Source of the DNA: Candidatus Omnitrophota bacterium
GTDB taxonomy: Bacteria > Omnitrophota > Omnitrophia > Omnitrophales > Aquincolibacteriaceae
Assembly (NCBI GenBank): GCA_043803685.1
Contig: JAZDJU010000043.1
Coordinates: 1-47,618 of the forward strand
Direction of reading: 5' to 3'
Length of the DNA stretch: 47,618 nucleotides
Shown here: in pieces, positions 17,243-27,278 of the stretch
Numbering within the stretch: the stretch's first letter is position 1
Layout: the number at the start of each line of letters is the position of its first letter
Notes under the pieces: generated by a model
What the model was told of the DNA's origin: nothing
What the model saw: only the letters and a program-made list of their open reading frames with translations
The model's database searches: none
Translations under genes and position numbers: made by a program

Positions 17243-18602
17243 GGAGATCCGGTCCCTTTCTTTTCCGGCCTTTCCGGCTCATCATTTCCCACAGCATGCC
17301 CGAATGCCCCATGCTGTGTAAAAATTGAAGGCTACTGTCCATCGCGTCCGGAGGAAACACACAACGGCGAATCCCCGCAAACGCATCCGTGAGTGTTCGC
17401 TCCAGCCACTTTCGGTCGATGCCGGGAGCAAGGTAATAAGCGGGCTCCAAAAGATCCTGCCCTTCCACGACAAGGCCTTCTTTTTGTGCGATGCTGTACA
17501 AGGGCGTTCCGGGAAGGATCCGTATTCCCATAAAAATAAAAGAAATGGCATTTTCCAGGCTCAGAATGTTTTTGATCCCTTCGCGCACGGTTTCCTCAGT
17601 TTCCCCAGGCCCGCCGAACATATAATAATAAATGGCAGAGATCTCGTGCTTTTGAAGCAGCTGGTGGCAGCGGATAACATCCTCAATTGAAAACGTTTTC
17701 CCGAGCCCCCTCAAAGTCGTATCCGTAGTCGCATCAGAACCCATTTCAGCAGCGCTGAGACCTGTTTCCTTCATCACGGCCAAATTCTCATCCGTGAGAC
17801 CTTCCGGTTTGAAAAAAGCTGTCCAGGGCACTTTCACTCCCTGCCGTTTCATCTCGCGGACCACTTCCATGAAGTGACCTTCATCATCGTTGAAAAGAGA
17901 ATCCGTAAAAAAGATATATTGGGCTCCATGGGTATTCACTAACGCCTGAATATCCGCCACAACAGCTTTCGGATCACGGCACCGGATCTCCCGCCCTTCC
18001 AGGAAGGGGTACGAACAATAAACACAACGGTGCGCACAACCTCTCTTGGTCTGCACGCCAGCGATATGGCCTCGTTTTAAATAAAATTCCATCAGTTCCG
18101 GTTCATAAGAAGCCGACGGAATGCCAAGCCCTCGCAACTGGGGAGTCGTACGCCAACATCGCTCTTGGGGATAAATTCCCCGGGCAGCGGCCTCTGCGAA
18201 CTCCACCATCGCGGCCTCGGCTTCACCGGCGATCCCGTAATCGGCGCCCAAAAACTTCAGGATCGCTTCAGGCATCATCGAAAACCCCGAACCTCCAAGC
18301 ACCACCGGCGTTTCCGTCCGCTGCTTGATCCTCTGAACCAACGACCGGACAACATCCAAATAACGTTGTTCGCTCAGCAAATTCACGTTATCGATATTGC
18401 GTATCGAGATCCCGATAAGACCCGGACCATATTGCTCCACGGTTGCGGCGAGTTCCTCCAGAGATGATCCCTTGTAAAGAAAGTCATACTGACGAACTTC
18501 GTGACCGGCCGTGCGAAGAGCCTGGGCGACCATGCTCAACCCTAACGGATAGACAGGATAAGGCGTTGTGGCAACGTTGGCAGAAATGAGCAAGATCTTC
18601 AT
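17229..18602 (-). CDS. B12-binding radical SAM protein, lipid-biosynthesis ('ladderane island') type
   Basis: MKILLISANVATTPYPVYPLGL, ISIRNIDNV, QTKRGCAHRCVYC. Resemblance to the lipid-biosynthesis B12/rSAM family is from memory. Confidence 0.88.
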   Translation of the reverse strand: MKILLISANVATTPYPVYPLGLSMVAQALRTAGHEVRQYDFLYKGSSLEELAATVEQYGPGLIGISIRNIDNVNLLSEQRYLDVVRSLVQRIKQRTETPVVLGGSGFSMMPEAILKFLGADYGIAGEAEAAMVEFAEAAARGIYPQERCWRTTPQLRGLGIPSASYEPELMEFYLKRGHIAGVQTKRGCAHRCVYCSYPFLEGREIRCRDPKAVVADIQALVNTHGAQYIFFTDSLFNDDEGHFMEVVREMKRQGVKVPWTAFFKPEGLTDENLAVMKETGLSAAEMGSDATTDTTLRGLGKTFSIEDVIRCHQLLQKHEISAIYYYMFGGPGETEETVREGIKNILSLENAISFIFMGIRILPGTPLYSIAQKEGLVVEGQDLLEPAYYLAPGIDRKWLERTLTDAFAGIRRCVFPPDAMDSSLQFLHSMGHSGMLWEMMSRKGRKRKGPDLHAAA

Positions 18603-19873
18603 GATCGAAGCCCCGGACCTTTAGCAAGTCCCCACCCGTGGTGACGATCCAACTTCACAGGCTGATAGGAACCATCCGCGACTTCCTTCTTGATCACATC
18701 GAGATACAACTTCCCCATACGAAGTTCCTTGCTGCTATCAGCATAAAAAGCCTTCCAGGCATATTCATACATTTTCTCAAGGGAATCGACGCTCATCTTT
18801 TTCGGCTTAAAAACCACCTCGCCCCCGGTGTAATGTCGCCAATCGTTATGAAGGATCCTCTTTTCATTTTCCAACTTTGTCCTGATCGGCGAGTGCATGA
18901 AGGGGGTCAAAATAGTGAACTCCGCGAGATCGAGATCGATCTCCAACAAAAAGTCGACCAGTCGCTTGATCGCATCCTCGTCCTGATCATCGGTCCCGAG
19001 AATGATCGTCCCCTCCACCCCGATCCCCCTTTCTTTCAAACGCTGCACGCGGCGGCGGATATGGTCGGAGGTGTCGATGATCGCCTGGTACACATACCAA
19101 CAGCCCGCTTTCGCCGCCAGATCCAGGATCTCATCATGATCCTTGATCGGATGCGAAACCCACTTTTTCTTGAGAGGCGCGATCGCCCTAAACAGTTCCT
19201 TTTCCCATGCGTCATCCTGGGCCAACGAGTTATCCACAAAAAAAAGACGGTTGTTCTCCAGGGCGGAAAGCTCTTCCACCACACGTTGGATGGGCCGCGG
19301 CCGGAACTTTTTCCCTCCTAAATATCCGACACAACACGGGAAACAATCGAAACGGCACCCTCGTGACGCATGAACCAGATCCACCATCTGCACTCCGCGG
19401 AAATTGTACAACTCTCGTTTAAGGATATCGCGGCGAGCGGGGCCCACCAAATTCAGATCCGGATAATCAAACCGGTAGTCGTAGATCTTTTTCAATTCCC
19501 CACGTTCAAGATCCGAAAGAACCTGACCGATCCGTCCCTCAGCTTCTCCGAGAAATACGGAATCCGCATGCGGCATCGTCTCTTCCGCATGCAGAACCGT
19601 TGCGATCCCCCCAAAAAGAACCTTTTTCCCTTGAGCCCTGAAAATATCCGCGATCTCCCAAGCCCTGGGCATTTGACAGGTCAGCATGACGGACAATGCG
19701 ATCAGGTCCGCTTCTTCATCAAAACGAACCTCCTCGACATGCTCATCACAAAAAGAGACCTCAACGTCTTCGGGCAACGCCGCCGCAAACACAACCGGAC
19801 CATGAGGCGGGAGATTGAACTCCGGCTGGTTTTTGAGTTTGGGCCACTTCGGATAGATGAGTTTGATCTTCAT
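18599..19873 (-). CDS. B12-binding radical SAM protein
   Basis: N-terminal cobalamin-binding-like region (GGIAT...VFLGEAE); ASRGCRFDCFPC. Confidence 0.88.
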   Translation of the reverse strand: MKIKLIYPKWPKLKNQPEFNLPPHGPVVFAAALPEDVEVSFCDEHVEEVRFDEEADLIALSVMLTCQMPRAWEIADIFRAQGKKVLFGGIATVLHAEETMPHADSVFLGEAEGRIGQVLSDLERGELKKIYDYRFDYPDLNLVGPARRDILKRELYNFRGVQMVDLVHASRGCRFDCFPCCVGYLGGKKFRPRPIQRVVEELSALENNRLFFVDNSLAQDDAWEKELFRAIAPLKKKWVSHPIKDHDEILDLAAKAGCWYVYQAIIDTSDHIRRRVQRLKERGIGVEGTIILGTDDQDEDAIKRLVDFLLEIDLDLAEFTILTPFMHSPIRTKLENEKRILHNDWRHYTGGEVVFKPKKMSVDSLEKMYEYAWKAFYADSSKELRMGKLYLDVIKKEVADGSYQPVKLDRHHGWGLAKGPGLRS

Positions 19874-20454
19874 AAACGATTTCCCGATATCACCTGACAG
19901 GTGGCCGTTTTTCCGTCATGAACGACCGCGAGCAGCGTATGCGCTTCCTTGTTTTGGATCATTTGTTGGGCATGCGCCAACAATGACGCTTCAGGCATTT
20001 CTGGATCCCGCAAATACAGAAGCAGCCCCTGCAATCCAAAATGGATGGCTGCCTCCGAGAGAGGGCTCGTGGGCAAGGTGTAAATGAAGAGATTCCCGCG
20101 GGCAAGCTTTCTGCCATGTTCTGCATAATCCCGGAAGTAAGCCAGATTCGAAACTAAGGCGCCCTCCGGATTCGTCCCCAACAGGCCGATATCCTGCTTT
20201 TTCCCTTCAGCATAAGTAATGCCCGCGTCATGCAAGGCGAGAGCGACCGAAAGAGTCACCCGACGCGAAGCCTCGTCAAATCTGGCGAAGTTCTTAACCG
20301 GATACGCGAAGACGGCGTCCTTCAGCAACTGCGCGTAGAGTGACCGCAAGTCATCATACTGCCATTGAAGACTTTTCTGGTCGCAGCCACACTGAGTTTC
20401 CTGGACCCAACCGCGTCCTTTGATCCTCGAGATCATAGTTTTACTCTCTTGCAT
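19870..20454 (-). CDS. Short KS-N-terminal-only chain-length-factor-like protein
   Basis: NFARFDEASR, GNLFIYTLPTSPLSEAAIHFGLQG; 194 aa with no catalytic triad. Confidence 0.78.
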   Translation of the reverse strand: MQESKTMISRIKGRGWVQETQCGCDQKSLQWQYDDLRSLYAQLLKDAVFAYPVKNFARFDEASRRVTLSVALALHDAGITYAEGKKQDIGLLGTNPEGALVSNLAYFRDYAEHGRKLARGNLFIYTLPTSPLSEAAIHFGLQGLLLYLRDPEMPEASLLAHAQQMIQNKEAHTLLAVVHDGKTATCQVISGNRL

Positions 20455-20464
20455 AGAGGGACCG

Positions 20465-20878
20465 CTATTTTAGAATTTTATCCAAAGTCTCCCGGACCAT
20501 CACCTCGGGTTCCGCGCGCTGCATCGACGGACGATAGGATCTTCCGGAGGCGATCAAGGACTTGTCGCTGTTCTTTCTGAGCTCGATGTCAAGACTCAGC
20601 ATGTAATTGGTGATATCCCACATCCAATGATCCACGTAAGTGACCAGCGTATTCGTTCCCTGAGGAACATCCTGTTCTTCTCCCGAAGTGACCTTGTAAC
20701 CCCGGCTTGCCAGATCGCTCGCAATAACGGTCTCAAGATGCCGTTTGTCCGGCGCGAAGTGAACGGCGTACACAGAGCCAAGATTTTTCACATCCTGATT
20801 CGGCGCCACCTTCGAAGACACACTTGCGCATCCAAAAAACATCGTCAAACACAGCACCATCAACAAATGTTTCTTCAT
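20465..20878 (-). CDS. Lipoprotein, unknown function
   Basis: Lipobox FFGC; TYVDHWMWDITNYM; SD AAGGAG. Confidence 0.82.
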   Translation of the reverse strand: MKKHLLMVLCLTMFFGCASVSSKVAPNQDVKNLGSVYAVHFAPDKRHLETVIASDLASRGYKVTSGEEQDVPQGTNTLVTYVDHWMWDITNYMLSLDIELRKNSDKSLIASGRSYRPSMQRAEPEVMVRETLDKILK

Positions 20879-20895
20879 GATCGATCTCCTCTTTT

Positions 20896-21594
20896 TTAAT
20901 TTCCCGTTTTGTTATCAGTACTGACATCGTGGCTCAGCTCAAGCCCCTGCAACTTAGTCTTCGCCTCCGCTGTAAAATCATCGACTGCCAACCTCAACAC
21001 TTTTTTCCAATTAGCGTCACTGGCAACCTGAAAGTTCTCCTCTGCTGTGGCCATAATAACCACAGGGTTATCCTTTCCGGGCACGCTGATAGTGTTTGTT
21101 GTGGTGATCTCGCTCTTAAGCGAAATCGCCCAAAAGCCAGGCGCAAAATAACTCCAGAATTTATCGATGGCGATATCCATTGTGATCGCGTCAGGCTTTG
21201 TCTCTTCCCGCTTATCCGTCACATCATAACCCAAGGAGTTCAAAGCATTTCTTGTTGCCGCACGGACGATCATTTCCACGTTCTGTCCCTCATCAAGCAT
21301 AATGTCCCCCAGGGCTTTCCCAAAACAATTACGCTTTCGTCCTATGGCTCTGCTTTTGAGCGCCGGTGTGGCATTTTTAAGTTCGTCAAAACCTAAAGAC
21401 GGGATATCGGGAGTCGAAGGTTGATCCTGGAATTGACGGTTGTCGATGATTGAGCGTATATATACTTGCTTGCCATTGGGCTTGATTAAACTCTCAGATG
21501 GCACCGGGACCTCAATAAAAGAACGGTTCAAAGTACAACCGGCAGAAGCAACCACAAGTCCGACCCATAAACAGACCTTTACGAACTTAGCCAT
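20896..21594 (-). CDS. Lipoprotein (YajG-like), unknown function
   Basis: Lipobox SAGC; VYIRSIIDNRQF, AIGRKRN.FGKALGD; SD AAGGAG before ATG 21594. Confidence 0.8.
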   Translation of the reverse strand: MAKFVKVCLWVGLVVASAGCTLNRSFIEVPVPSESLIKPNGKQVYIRSIIDNRQFQDQPSTPDIPSLGFDELKNATPALKSRAIGRKRNCFGKALGDIMLDEGQNVEMIVRAATRNALNSLGYDVTDKREETKPDAITMDIAIDKFWSYFAPGFWAISLKSEITTTNTISVPGKDNPVVIMATAEENFQVASDANWKKVLRLAVDDFTAEAKTKLQGLELSHDVSTDNKTGN

Positions 21595-21722
21595 AAATGT
21601 CTCCTTCACTGAGCGTTCTTCAAAACTAATGTTGCGTTATCCCTCGACCGAATCAGCGGTGTTTCCCAAAGTAATGTTTTTTTCAACGCTCTTTTCCCAA
21701 ATAAAGACTATCCCGTGTTTTC

Positions 21723-22172
21723 TCATTCTCCTTTATAGTTTTTCAACAATTCGTCAATGACCGGATCCATCTTGGTCTTTGTTCCCTGCCACTTCATTAA
21801 TGAGAAGCCCCCCTTAAGCCTTAAATGGTATTCCGCAGAAGCAACAGTGAGTCCATTTCTAAATAAGTTCAATTCGGCGACAGACAAATAGGGCGCAAAA
21901 TCCCAGGACCGCAAAGCGGTGTAGGTTAGGGTATATTCACATTTGTCAGGTTTTGTTCCCGAATAAACTTCGGTGGAAATTCCATGCCTGTTGAACCCCG
22001 CCTCCACAACCCTTACAAAATCAGTCAGGGTCACTTTTGGATTTTTTTCAATGCATACATGCTGCAGACGCGGCGTGGCATCCACGGGCCGAACTTTGAT
22101 CGAAGTGCATCCGCTTATCACGGACATCAGCACAAGCATCATACTCAGAGTCGAATTCCATTTCCCGATCAT
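21723..22172 (-). CDS. Lipoprotein (Sbal_3080-like family)
   Basis: Lipobox ISGC; VCIEKNPKV, TYTALRSWDFAPYLS, KWQGTKTKMDPVID; SD AGGGAGG before ATG 22172. Family call is from memory. Confidence 0.8.
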   Translation of the reverse strand: MIGKWNSTLSMMLVLMSVISGCTSIKVRPVDATPRLQHVCIEKNPKVTLTDFVRVVEAGFNRHGISTEVYSGTKPDKCEYTLTYTALRSWDFAPYLSVAELNLFRNGLTVASAEYHLRLKGGFSLMKWQGTKTKMDPVIDELLKNYKGE

Positions 22173-22194
22173 CGCTATTTCCTCCCTTGGTTGT

Positions 22195-23337
22195 TCATTC
22201 TTCACAGCTCCTTAAAATGAGCGCCGCGTTAATTCCACCGAAACCAGAGTTGTTAACCAGAACAACGTTTTTTTTCAACGCCCTTTTTTCTAATGAAACC
22301 CATCCCTCTGCCTCAGGATCAACATTTCGCGTCCCTACCGTGGGAGGGATCATTCGTTCCCGTAAAACTTGAAGCGCCACAATTGTCTCGATCAAGCCGG
22401 CAGCTCCCATCGTGTGTCCCACCGCCCCTTTGATCGAATAAAGCGGGACAGAATGATCTGTAAAAACACTTTGGTAAGCCTTCATCTCCATAGAATCGTT
22501 GTAGAGAGTCCCTGTCCCGTGACCGGAGATACATCCCACCTCAGTACGTGACACGCCCGCCACCGCCAAAGCTTCCTGGATGGCACGCCTTAAGCCACTC
22601 CCATCGCGCACGGGCCCCGTCATATGATTGGCATCGCCCGCTACCGCCCAACCGACGATCTCTCCAAGAATGGTGCGGCCTTCCTTTTCAGCTCTTCTCT
22701 GGCTCATGAGCAAAATAAAACCCGCGCCTTCTCCCAAGCTTAAACCTTCCCTGCTTGTATCAAAAGGTCTGGCCGATTCAGGATCGAGCGCCATAAGAGA
22801 GGAAAAACCGGCAAAGACAAATTCGCTGACACAGTCACAGGCAACGATCAGAACACATTCCTCTTTGCCGGAACGTATCCTTGCCGCGCCTTGAGCGATC
22901 GCGACACTTGCGGAGGAGCAAGCCGCCGAAACGATCATTCCCTCTCCCGTCGCGCCGATCAAATTTCTGACCTTCTCTAGCAAAAACTCTGGCTGGCTAC
23001 GCTCCGCGCCACTGCTATTTTCCAACACAGCGGTTTCTAAATGATCGATCTCTCCGGTCGTTGTCGCCAGGAACAGAGCCGCATCTTTTGGGATCTGCGC
23101 TAGAGAGTCGCCCAGGAGCGGCTTTAACATCTGCCACACAAGGGATTCTCCCTGTTTTACTTCAAGCCCCGGGATCAAGGCGGCATTCTGACTTTGAAAT
23201 GCTCCTCCGGCTTGAAAGCGGTGGCATTCCCGGATCGATGAACGGTTCGAGAGAAGCCCCTGCCAACACACATCCACTCCCCGACCGTAGGAAGTCACGA
23301 TATCGGACGCGACAACACAAACTTTGTTCTCCGTCAC
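22195..23337 (-). CDS. Beta-ketoacyl-ACP synthase (KS2)
   Basis: SAACSSA, SGHGTGT, GHTMGAAG; GTG start overlaps the thioesterase stop. Confidence 0.92.
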   Translation of the reverse strand: MTENKVCVVASDIVTSYGRGVDVCWQGLLSNRSSIRECHRFQAGGAFQSQNAALIPGLEVKQGESLVWQMLKPLLGDSLAQIPKDAALFLATTTGEIDHLETAVLENSSGAERSQPEFLLEKVRNLIGATGEGMIVSAACSSASVAIAQGAARIRSGKEECVLIVACDCVSEFVFAGFSSLMALDPESARPFDTSREGLSLGEGAGFILLMSQRRAEKEGRTILGEIVGWAVAGDANHMTGPVRDGSGLRRAIQEALAVAGVSRTEVGCISGHGTGTLYNDSMEMKAYQSVFTDHSVPLYSIKGAVGHTMGAAGLIETIVALQVLRERMIPPTVGTRNVDPEAEGWVSLEKRALKKNVVLVNNSGFGGINAALILRSCEE

Positions 23338-23810
23338 AACAAATCTCCTGACATCCAACGGTTGCGACAACGTTCCAGAAGATCCGGAACCGTCAAGAGG
23401 ACCTCCCCGGATATAGCATCAATAAACATTTGAACCGAATAACCCGTCGCAGCCACGGTGCCATCTTCTTTCAGCACGGCATATTCCGTATGCAGCCGGG
23501 CTCCTTCAGACCACACAAAGGCCGCTTTAATTTTGACCTTCTCGGCCAGCATCAACGGCAGATGATAATCCACATGGAACTGAACAATCGGCGCCTGGAT
23601 CCTTGCATCGCGAAACTCCTTATAAGAAAGCCCGCATTTCCTGCCCAGTTCTCCAGAGGCTTCTTCAAAATACCGGGCGTAGTGTCCATGCCAAACCACC
23701 CCCATGACATCCGCGTCACTGAACTGGACGCGTTTTTCGACGCAGATCTCAATGGGCGCCGGAGCACCCTTTTCCGTCTGAAAATATCCGCCTTTTTGCC
23801 TTCTCCTCAT
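23334..23810 (-). CDS. Acyl-CoA/ACP thioesterase (4HBT/YbgC hotdog fold)
   Basis: VQFSDADVMGVVWHGHYARYFE. Confidence 0.9.
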   Translation of the reverse strand: MRRRQKGGYFQTEKGAPAPIEICVEKRVQFSDADVMGVVWHGHYARYFEEASGELGRKCGLSYKEFRDARIQAPIVQFHVDYHLPLMLAEKVKIKAAFVWSEGARLHTEYAVLKEDGTVAATGYSVQMFIDAISGEVLLTVPDLLERCRNRWMSGDLL

Positions 23811-23827
23811 GGAATCCCCCTTCTTGC

Positions 23828-24205
23828 TTACGATACGATTTGGATCACCGCTTCAAGCATCGCGATCTTCTTAGAGTCCTTCATGCACGAAGTCCTGATC
23901 ACTATTTTCCCGTCTTGTTTCGACAGCTCCTGACATTCCATCAGAAGGTCTTCCTCCGGAAACACAGGCGCGATCAATTTTGCCGCCGTTAATTCCACTA
24001 ATCGAATGGATCTTTTATGATAGGCCTTATACAACTCCAACATCGCCTGAACCAAACACACCCCGGGCAAGATCGGTTTCCCCGGAAAGTGTCCCTGAAA
24101 ACCCACGAAGGATGATGGGAACGAAAAGTGGGCGCTGAAGACACCTTCCGTATTCATCTCATAATGTTTCATGCTGTCATGGATCTCACGCTGGATCTGA
24201 CTCAC
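23828..24205 (-). CDS. FabZ/ApeI-like 3-hydroxyacyl-ACP dehydratase
   Basis: FQGHFPGKPILPGV. Confidence 0.88.
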   Translation of the reverse strand: MSQIQREIHDSMKHYEMNTEGVFSAHFSFPSSFVGFQGHFPGKPILPGVCLVQAMLELYKAYHKRSIRLVELTAAKLIAPVFPEEDLLMECQELSKQDGKIVIRTSCMKDSKKIAMLEAVIQIVS

Positions 24206-24876
24206 GACCGGATCTCCTTTAACCGCAACGTCAGCTTATAGTGGTAAGGATAGTGTTCGAAATATACGCCTCCGGGAAACACCTTCCCCTTCTGAGAACG
24301 ATATTCGTAATACCGTACGCGCCACTCGACATGTTCCGCTTTCGTAAATCTCTTTTCGACGAGGATCGCTTCCGGGCCCGCAAAAACATAGTCCAGCACT
24401 CCGTCTTCATGCTTCTCTGAAAAAATGACGCTCTTCTTTTCCTTCCGGCTTGAAGCCTCGGGAGAAGGCGTTCGATCCCAATAGATCCTGCGCACATCCT
24501 CCGTAACAGCCCGGCACACATCTCCTTTTTGGGCTAATTCCGGAACCAGGACTTCACATTTCAAGTTTTTGGAATCACCCGAGATCTCGATCATTTTCAT
24601 ACCCGCGGGATTGAGTCCGACCATTGAGAATTGATCCTTCAAGCGGTCGATCTGGGTGACGCCAAGGCCCAACAGATCATGTCCACGGTAGGAAAAGATC
24701 ATCGACTCGGTCATTTGCCAGGTTTGGGGCAACCTCGATTCAAATGCTTCCTTCACCCTTTGCGGATCCCAACCTGTCACAGGAACATATTCCGTACGCT
24801 TAAAAGGACTCCCCGCGCAGGCCGACAGCCCCAAAACCATTCCCGTCATCGCTATCGCCATCAAGAAAGGCCTCAT
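24202..24876 (-). CDS. Lipoprotein, DUF3261-like (as in aryl polyene clusters)
   Basis: True start ATG 24876: MRPFLMAIAMTGMVLGLSAC (lipobox); the longer ORF-track version overlaps MMPL. Confidence 0.75.
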   Translation of the reverse strand: MRPFLMAIAMTGMVLGLSACAGSPFKRTEYVPVTGWDPQRVKEAFESRLPQTWQMTESMIFSYRGHDLLGLGVTQIDRLKDQFSMVGLNPAGMKMIEISGDSKNLKCEVLVPELAQKGDVCRAVTEDVRRIYWDRTPSPEASSRKEKKSVIFSEKHEDGVLDYVFAGPEAILVEKRFTKAEHVEWRVRYYEYRSQKGKVFPGGVYFEHYPYHYKLTLRLKEIRS

Positions 24877-27278
24877 CAGGATCGCTCCTTTATGGCCGAT
24901 CGTCCGTGCCCCATCCAATACTGATAAAGCGGCGGAATGACAAACAAGGACGAAAGATACCCGGTAAAAACACCCATAGTGAGGGTCAACCCTATGGAAA
25001 AGAGAACCGGATGCCGCGCGAAAATAAGCGCCCCAGCACCGAAAATAGTCGTCCAGGCGGACAACGATACTGCATAATCGGTCCGTGTTTTTAATTGATA
25101 GCGACACTGATAGACCATAAAGATCCCGTAATCGATCGCCAACCCCGCCAAAACCAGCAAGGCGATAAGCACGGGAACATTCACGGGCATTTTCAAAAAA
25201 GAGAGCGACGCGAAAACGCTTAGCATCGATGTCAAAACAGGAACGAGCGCCAGCAGCACCAAACGAATGTCCCTGAGGAAAACAAAGGTGATCAGGGGGA
25301 TAAAAAGGATCACCAGGAATGCCCATTGAAAAGCTTCTGAGGAAACGGCATGCGACAGGGTCAGCGTGAACATCTTCCGGGAAACCACAAAAACATTGGG
25401 CCCTTGCTCAAGCGGACGCAGGAGTTGAACATTCGCTTCCGTGTCCGGAAAGAACATGAGCATCTGATAGCCCTGAGGTTGCTTCATCACATACTTTTTC
25501 AAAACCAGATCAAGGATCGCGGGACGATCGCGACCCGCGAGGACCGCTGGGGACGGATAAAGATCTTCAAAAAAAGGCGCGAATGCGTCTTTTGAAAAAC
25601 CATAGCGGCTGCCCGACGCGGCCAACATTGTTTTTAAATGTTCTTCGCGACCTTTTTTCCAGAAATCTTCCCATCGCTTCGCATTTTCAAGACGCATCTT
25701 CCTGGAAGGCCATATTTTTACAAAACTCAAAACTTGATCTTTGCCAAGGAGAAGCGCCGCTTTCCGGGCTATTTCCTCATAACGTTCCTGGGCACTTTCA
25801 AAATCCTTCCCTTGGACCACCAGGATCCCAGGGTGCGAACCATCGCCCCACACTTTCTGAAAAGATTCTTCGGCCCGGAGAATATCCCTGCTTGTTCCAT
25901 CCAATTGAGAAACATCATTACGGAAGACAACCTGCGGCAACAGCAAAGCTGCTCCGGTTAAGCAAACGGCCCACACCGCCACTCGGAAAGAAGGTGACAA
26001 CGGTTTAAGACCCAAGACTTGCTTCTTTCCGGACAAGGATCCTCGCGCACCCTCATACTTCAAGAAAGACGGCAGTACAAACAACGAATATCCGAGACAA
26101 AACAGAATGTTCAGGATCGCAAAAACAGCCAGTTGATGATACCCCTCCACGCTGGACAAAAAGACGGTCGCAAAGGCCGCGATCGTGGTAAGGGCACACC
26201 CCGCCAACGGGACCATGATCTCACGAAGAGCCGCCTTGGGATCCCGGGCCGAACGCAAGGCAACATAAACATGGATCCCATAATCGACGGCGATCCCCGC
26301 GACCACCGCGCCGACTCCGATGACGACGTAAGACAGTTTCCTGAACCAAACGCCACAAAGAGGGACCGTCACCAGCATGGAAAGGAACGGGATGAGGAAA
26401 ATGAGGATCGCGCGGATGTCCTTCACAAAAAAAAGAAATAACAGGACGAAAGCGATCGAGACGAGGGTTAAAGTCACCCGGATATCGCGCTTGATGACAT
26501 CTTCATTACTCACCGTGTGAAGATGCCCTCCGATGATGTCCGCGGAAACGAAATCCGGAAGGGCCTTAAGATGCTCTTGAAGATATCCGGTCAGTTGACG
26601 CGCTCCAAATCCATCCGTCATCGCCACCGAAGTTTCAAGGACCATCATGGCGTGAGTTCCGTCACGACTGATAAGATGACCCTCTTTCATCTGGACCTGA
26701 TACCCCGATTCGCGTCCCTCCTGCTCCAGTTTTTTCAACATCCCGGTCTTGAGCCCTAACGGATCCGAACGGATCCATGGCGACACGAACATGCCCGCAG
26801 GAGAAAGAAGCGCCTGATACTGCCCCCGCAAACGATCTTCCATATTCTTAGGTTCCATCTGCGTCACCGCCAAGGCCTGCGCCTCCTCATCAAAAAGAAG
26901 CGGGGCATACTCCAGAAAATCCTGCGCTTGACTCATCGGATCGGCATGCCCCTCCAGACCGGTCACGGCTTTTCGGATCAAGGGAGACTTCAGATCTCCG
27001 GCAAACTGATCGACCACGCGGATCAGATCATCCGTGGAATGAGCCGTGTCGGTGAGACGAAAGGAAAGCACCACTTTATCGGAAAGATTGGACTCCCTCA
27101 GGAACTTCATGCTCCGCCGGATCTCTTCCTGATGAGGAAGCATTTGTTCGATGTTATTATCGAATGAAACAAAGCGGAGGCCATAAAGAGCCCCAAGTAC
27201 GATGACCAAGGTTCCCAAAGCCATGATCACCGTACGCTTCGGGAAACTCGTCGAAAGCTTCTTCAGCCACTCACTCAC
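24876..27278 (-). CDS. MMPL/RND-family lipid exporter
   Basis: Two repeats with GIAVDYGIH and GLAIDYGIF; many TM helices; GTG start overlapping the lolA-like stop. Confidence 0.9.
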   Translation of the reverse strand: MSEWLKKLSTSFPKRTVIMALGTLVIVLGALYGLRFVSFDNNIEQMLPHQEEIRRSMKFLRESNLSDKVVLSFRLTDTAHSTDDLIRVVDQFAGDLKSPLIRKAVTGLEGHADPMSQAQDFLEYAPLLFDEEAQALAVTQMEPKNMEDRLRGQYQALLSPAGMFVSPWIRSDPLGLKTGMLKKLEQEGRESGYQVQMKEGHLISRDGTHAMMVLETSVAMTDGFGARQLTGYLQEHLKALPDFVSADIIGGHLHTVSNEDVIKRDIRVTLTLVSIAFVLLFLFFVKDIRAILIFLIPFLSMLVTVPLCGVWFRKLSYVVIGVGAVVAGIAVDYGIHVYVALRSARDPKAALREIMVPLAGCALTTIAAFATVFLSSVEGYHQLAVFAILNILFCLGYSLFVLPSFLKYEGARGSLSGKKQVLGLKPLSPSFRVAVWAVCLTGAALLLPQVVFRNDVSQLDGTSRDILRAEESFQKVWGDGSHPGILVVQGKDFESAQERYEEIARKAALLLGKDQVLSFVKIWPSRKMRLENAKRWEDFWKKGREEHLKTMLAASGSRYGFSKDAFAPFFEDLYPSPAVLAGRDRPAILDLVLKKYVMKQPQGYQMLMFFPDTEANVQLLRPLEQGPNVFVVSRKMFTLTLSHAVSSEAFQWAFLVILFIPLITFVFLRDIRLVLLALVPVLTSMLSVFASLSFLKMPVNVPVLIALLVLAGLAIDYGIFMVYQCRYQLKTRTDYAVSLSAWTTIFGAGALIFARHPVLFSIGLTLTMGVFTGYLSSLFVIPPLYQYWMGHGRSAIKERS

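Noticed and set aside
21637..21726. 29-aa ORF MRKHGIVFIWEKSVEKNITLGNTADSVEG, considered as a RiPP precursor for the SPASM enzyme
   Set aside because: It has an ATGA overlap, but the SD is too close, there is no recognisable leader/core and no RRE or peptidase nearby; more likely a remnant.
24877..25326. 150-aa N-terminal extension of the DUF3261-like ORF
   Set aside because: Overlaps MMPL out of frame; a proper lipoprotein signal starts at 24876.
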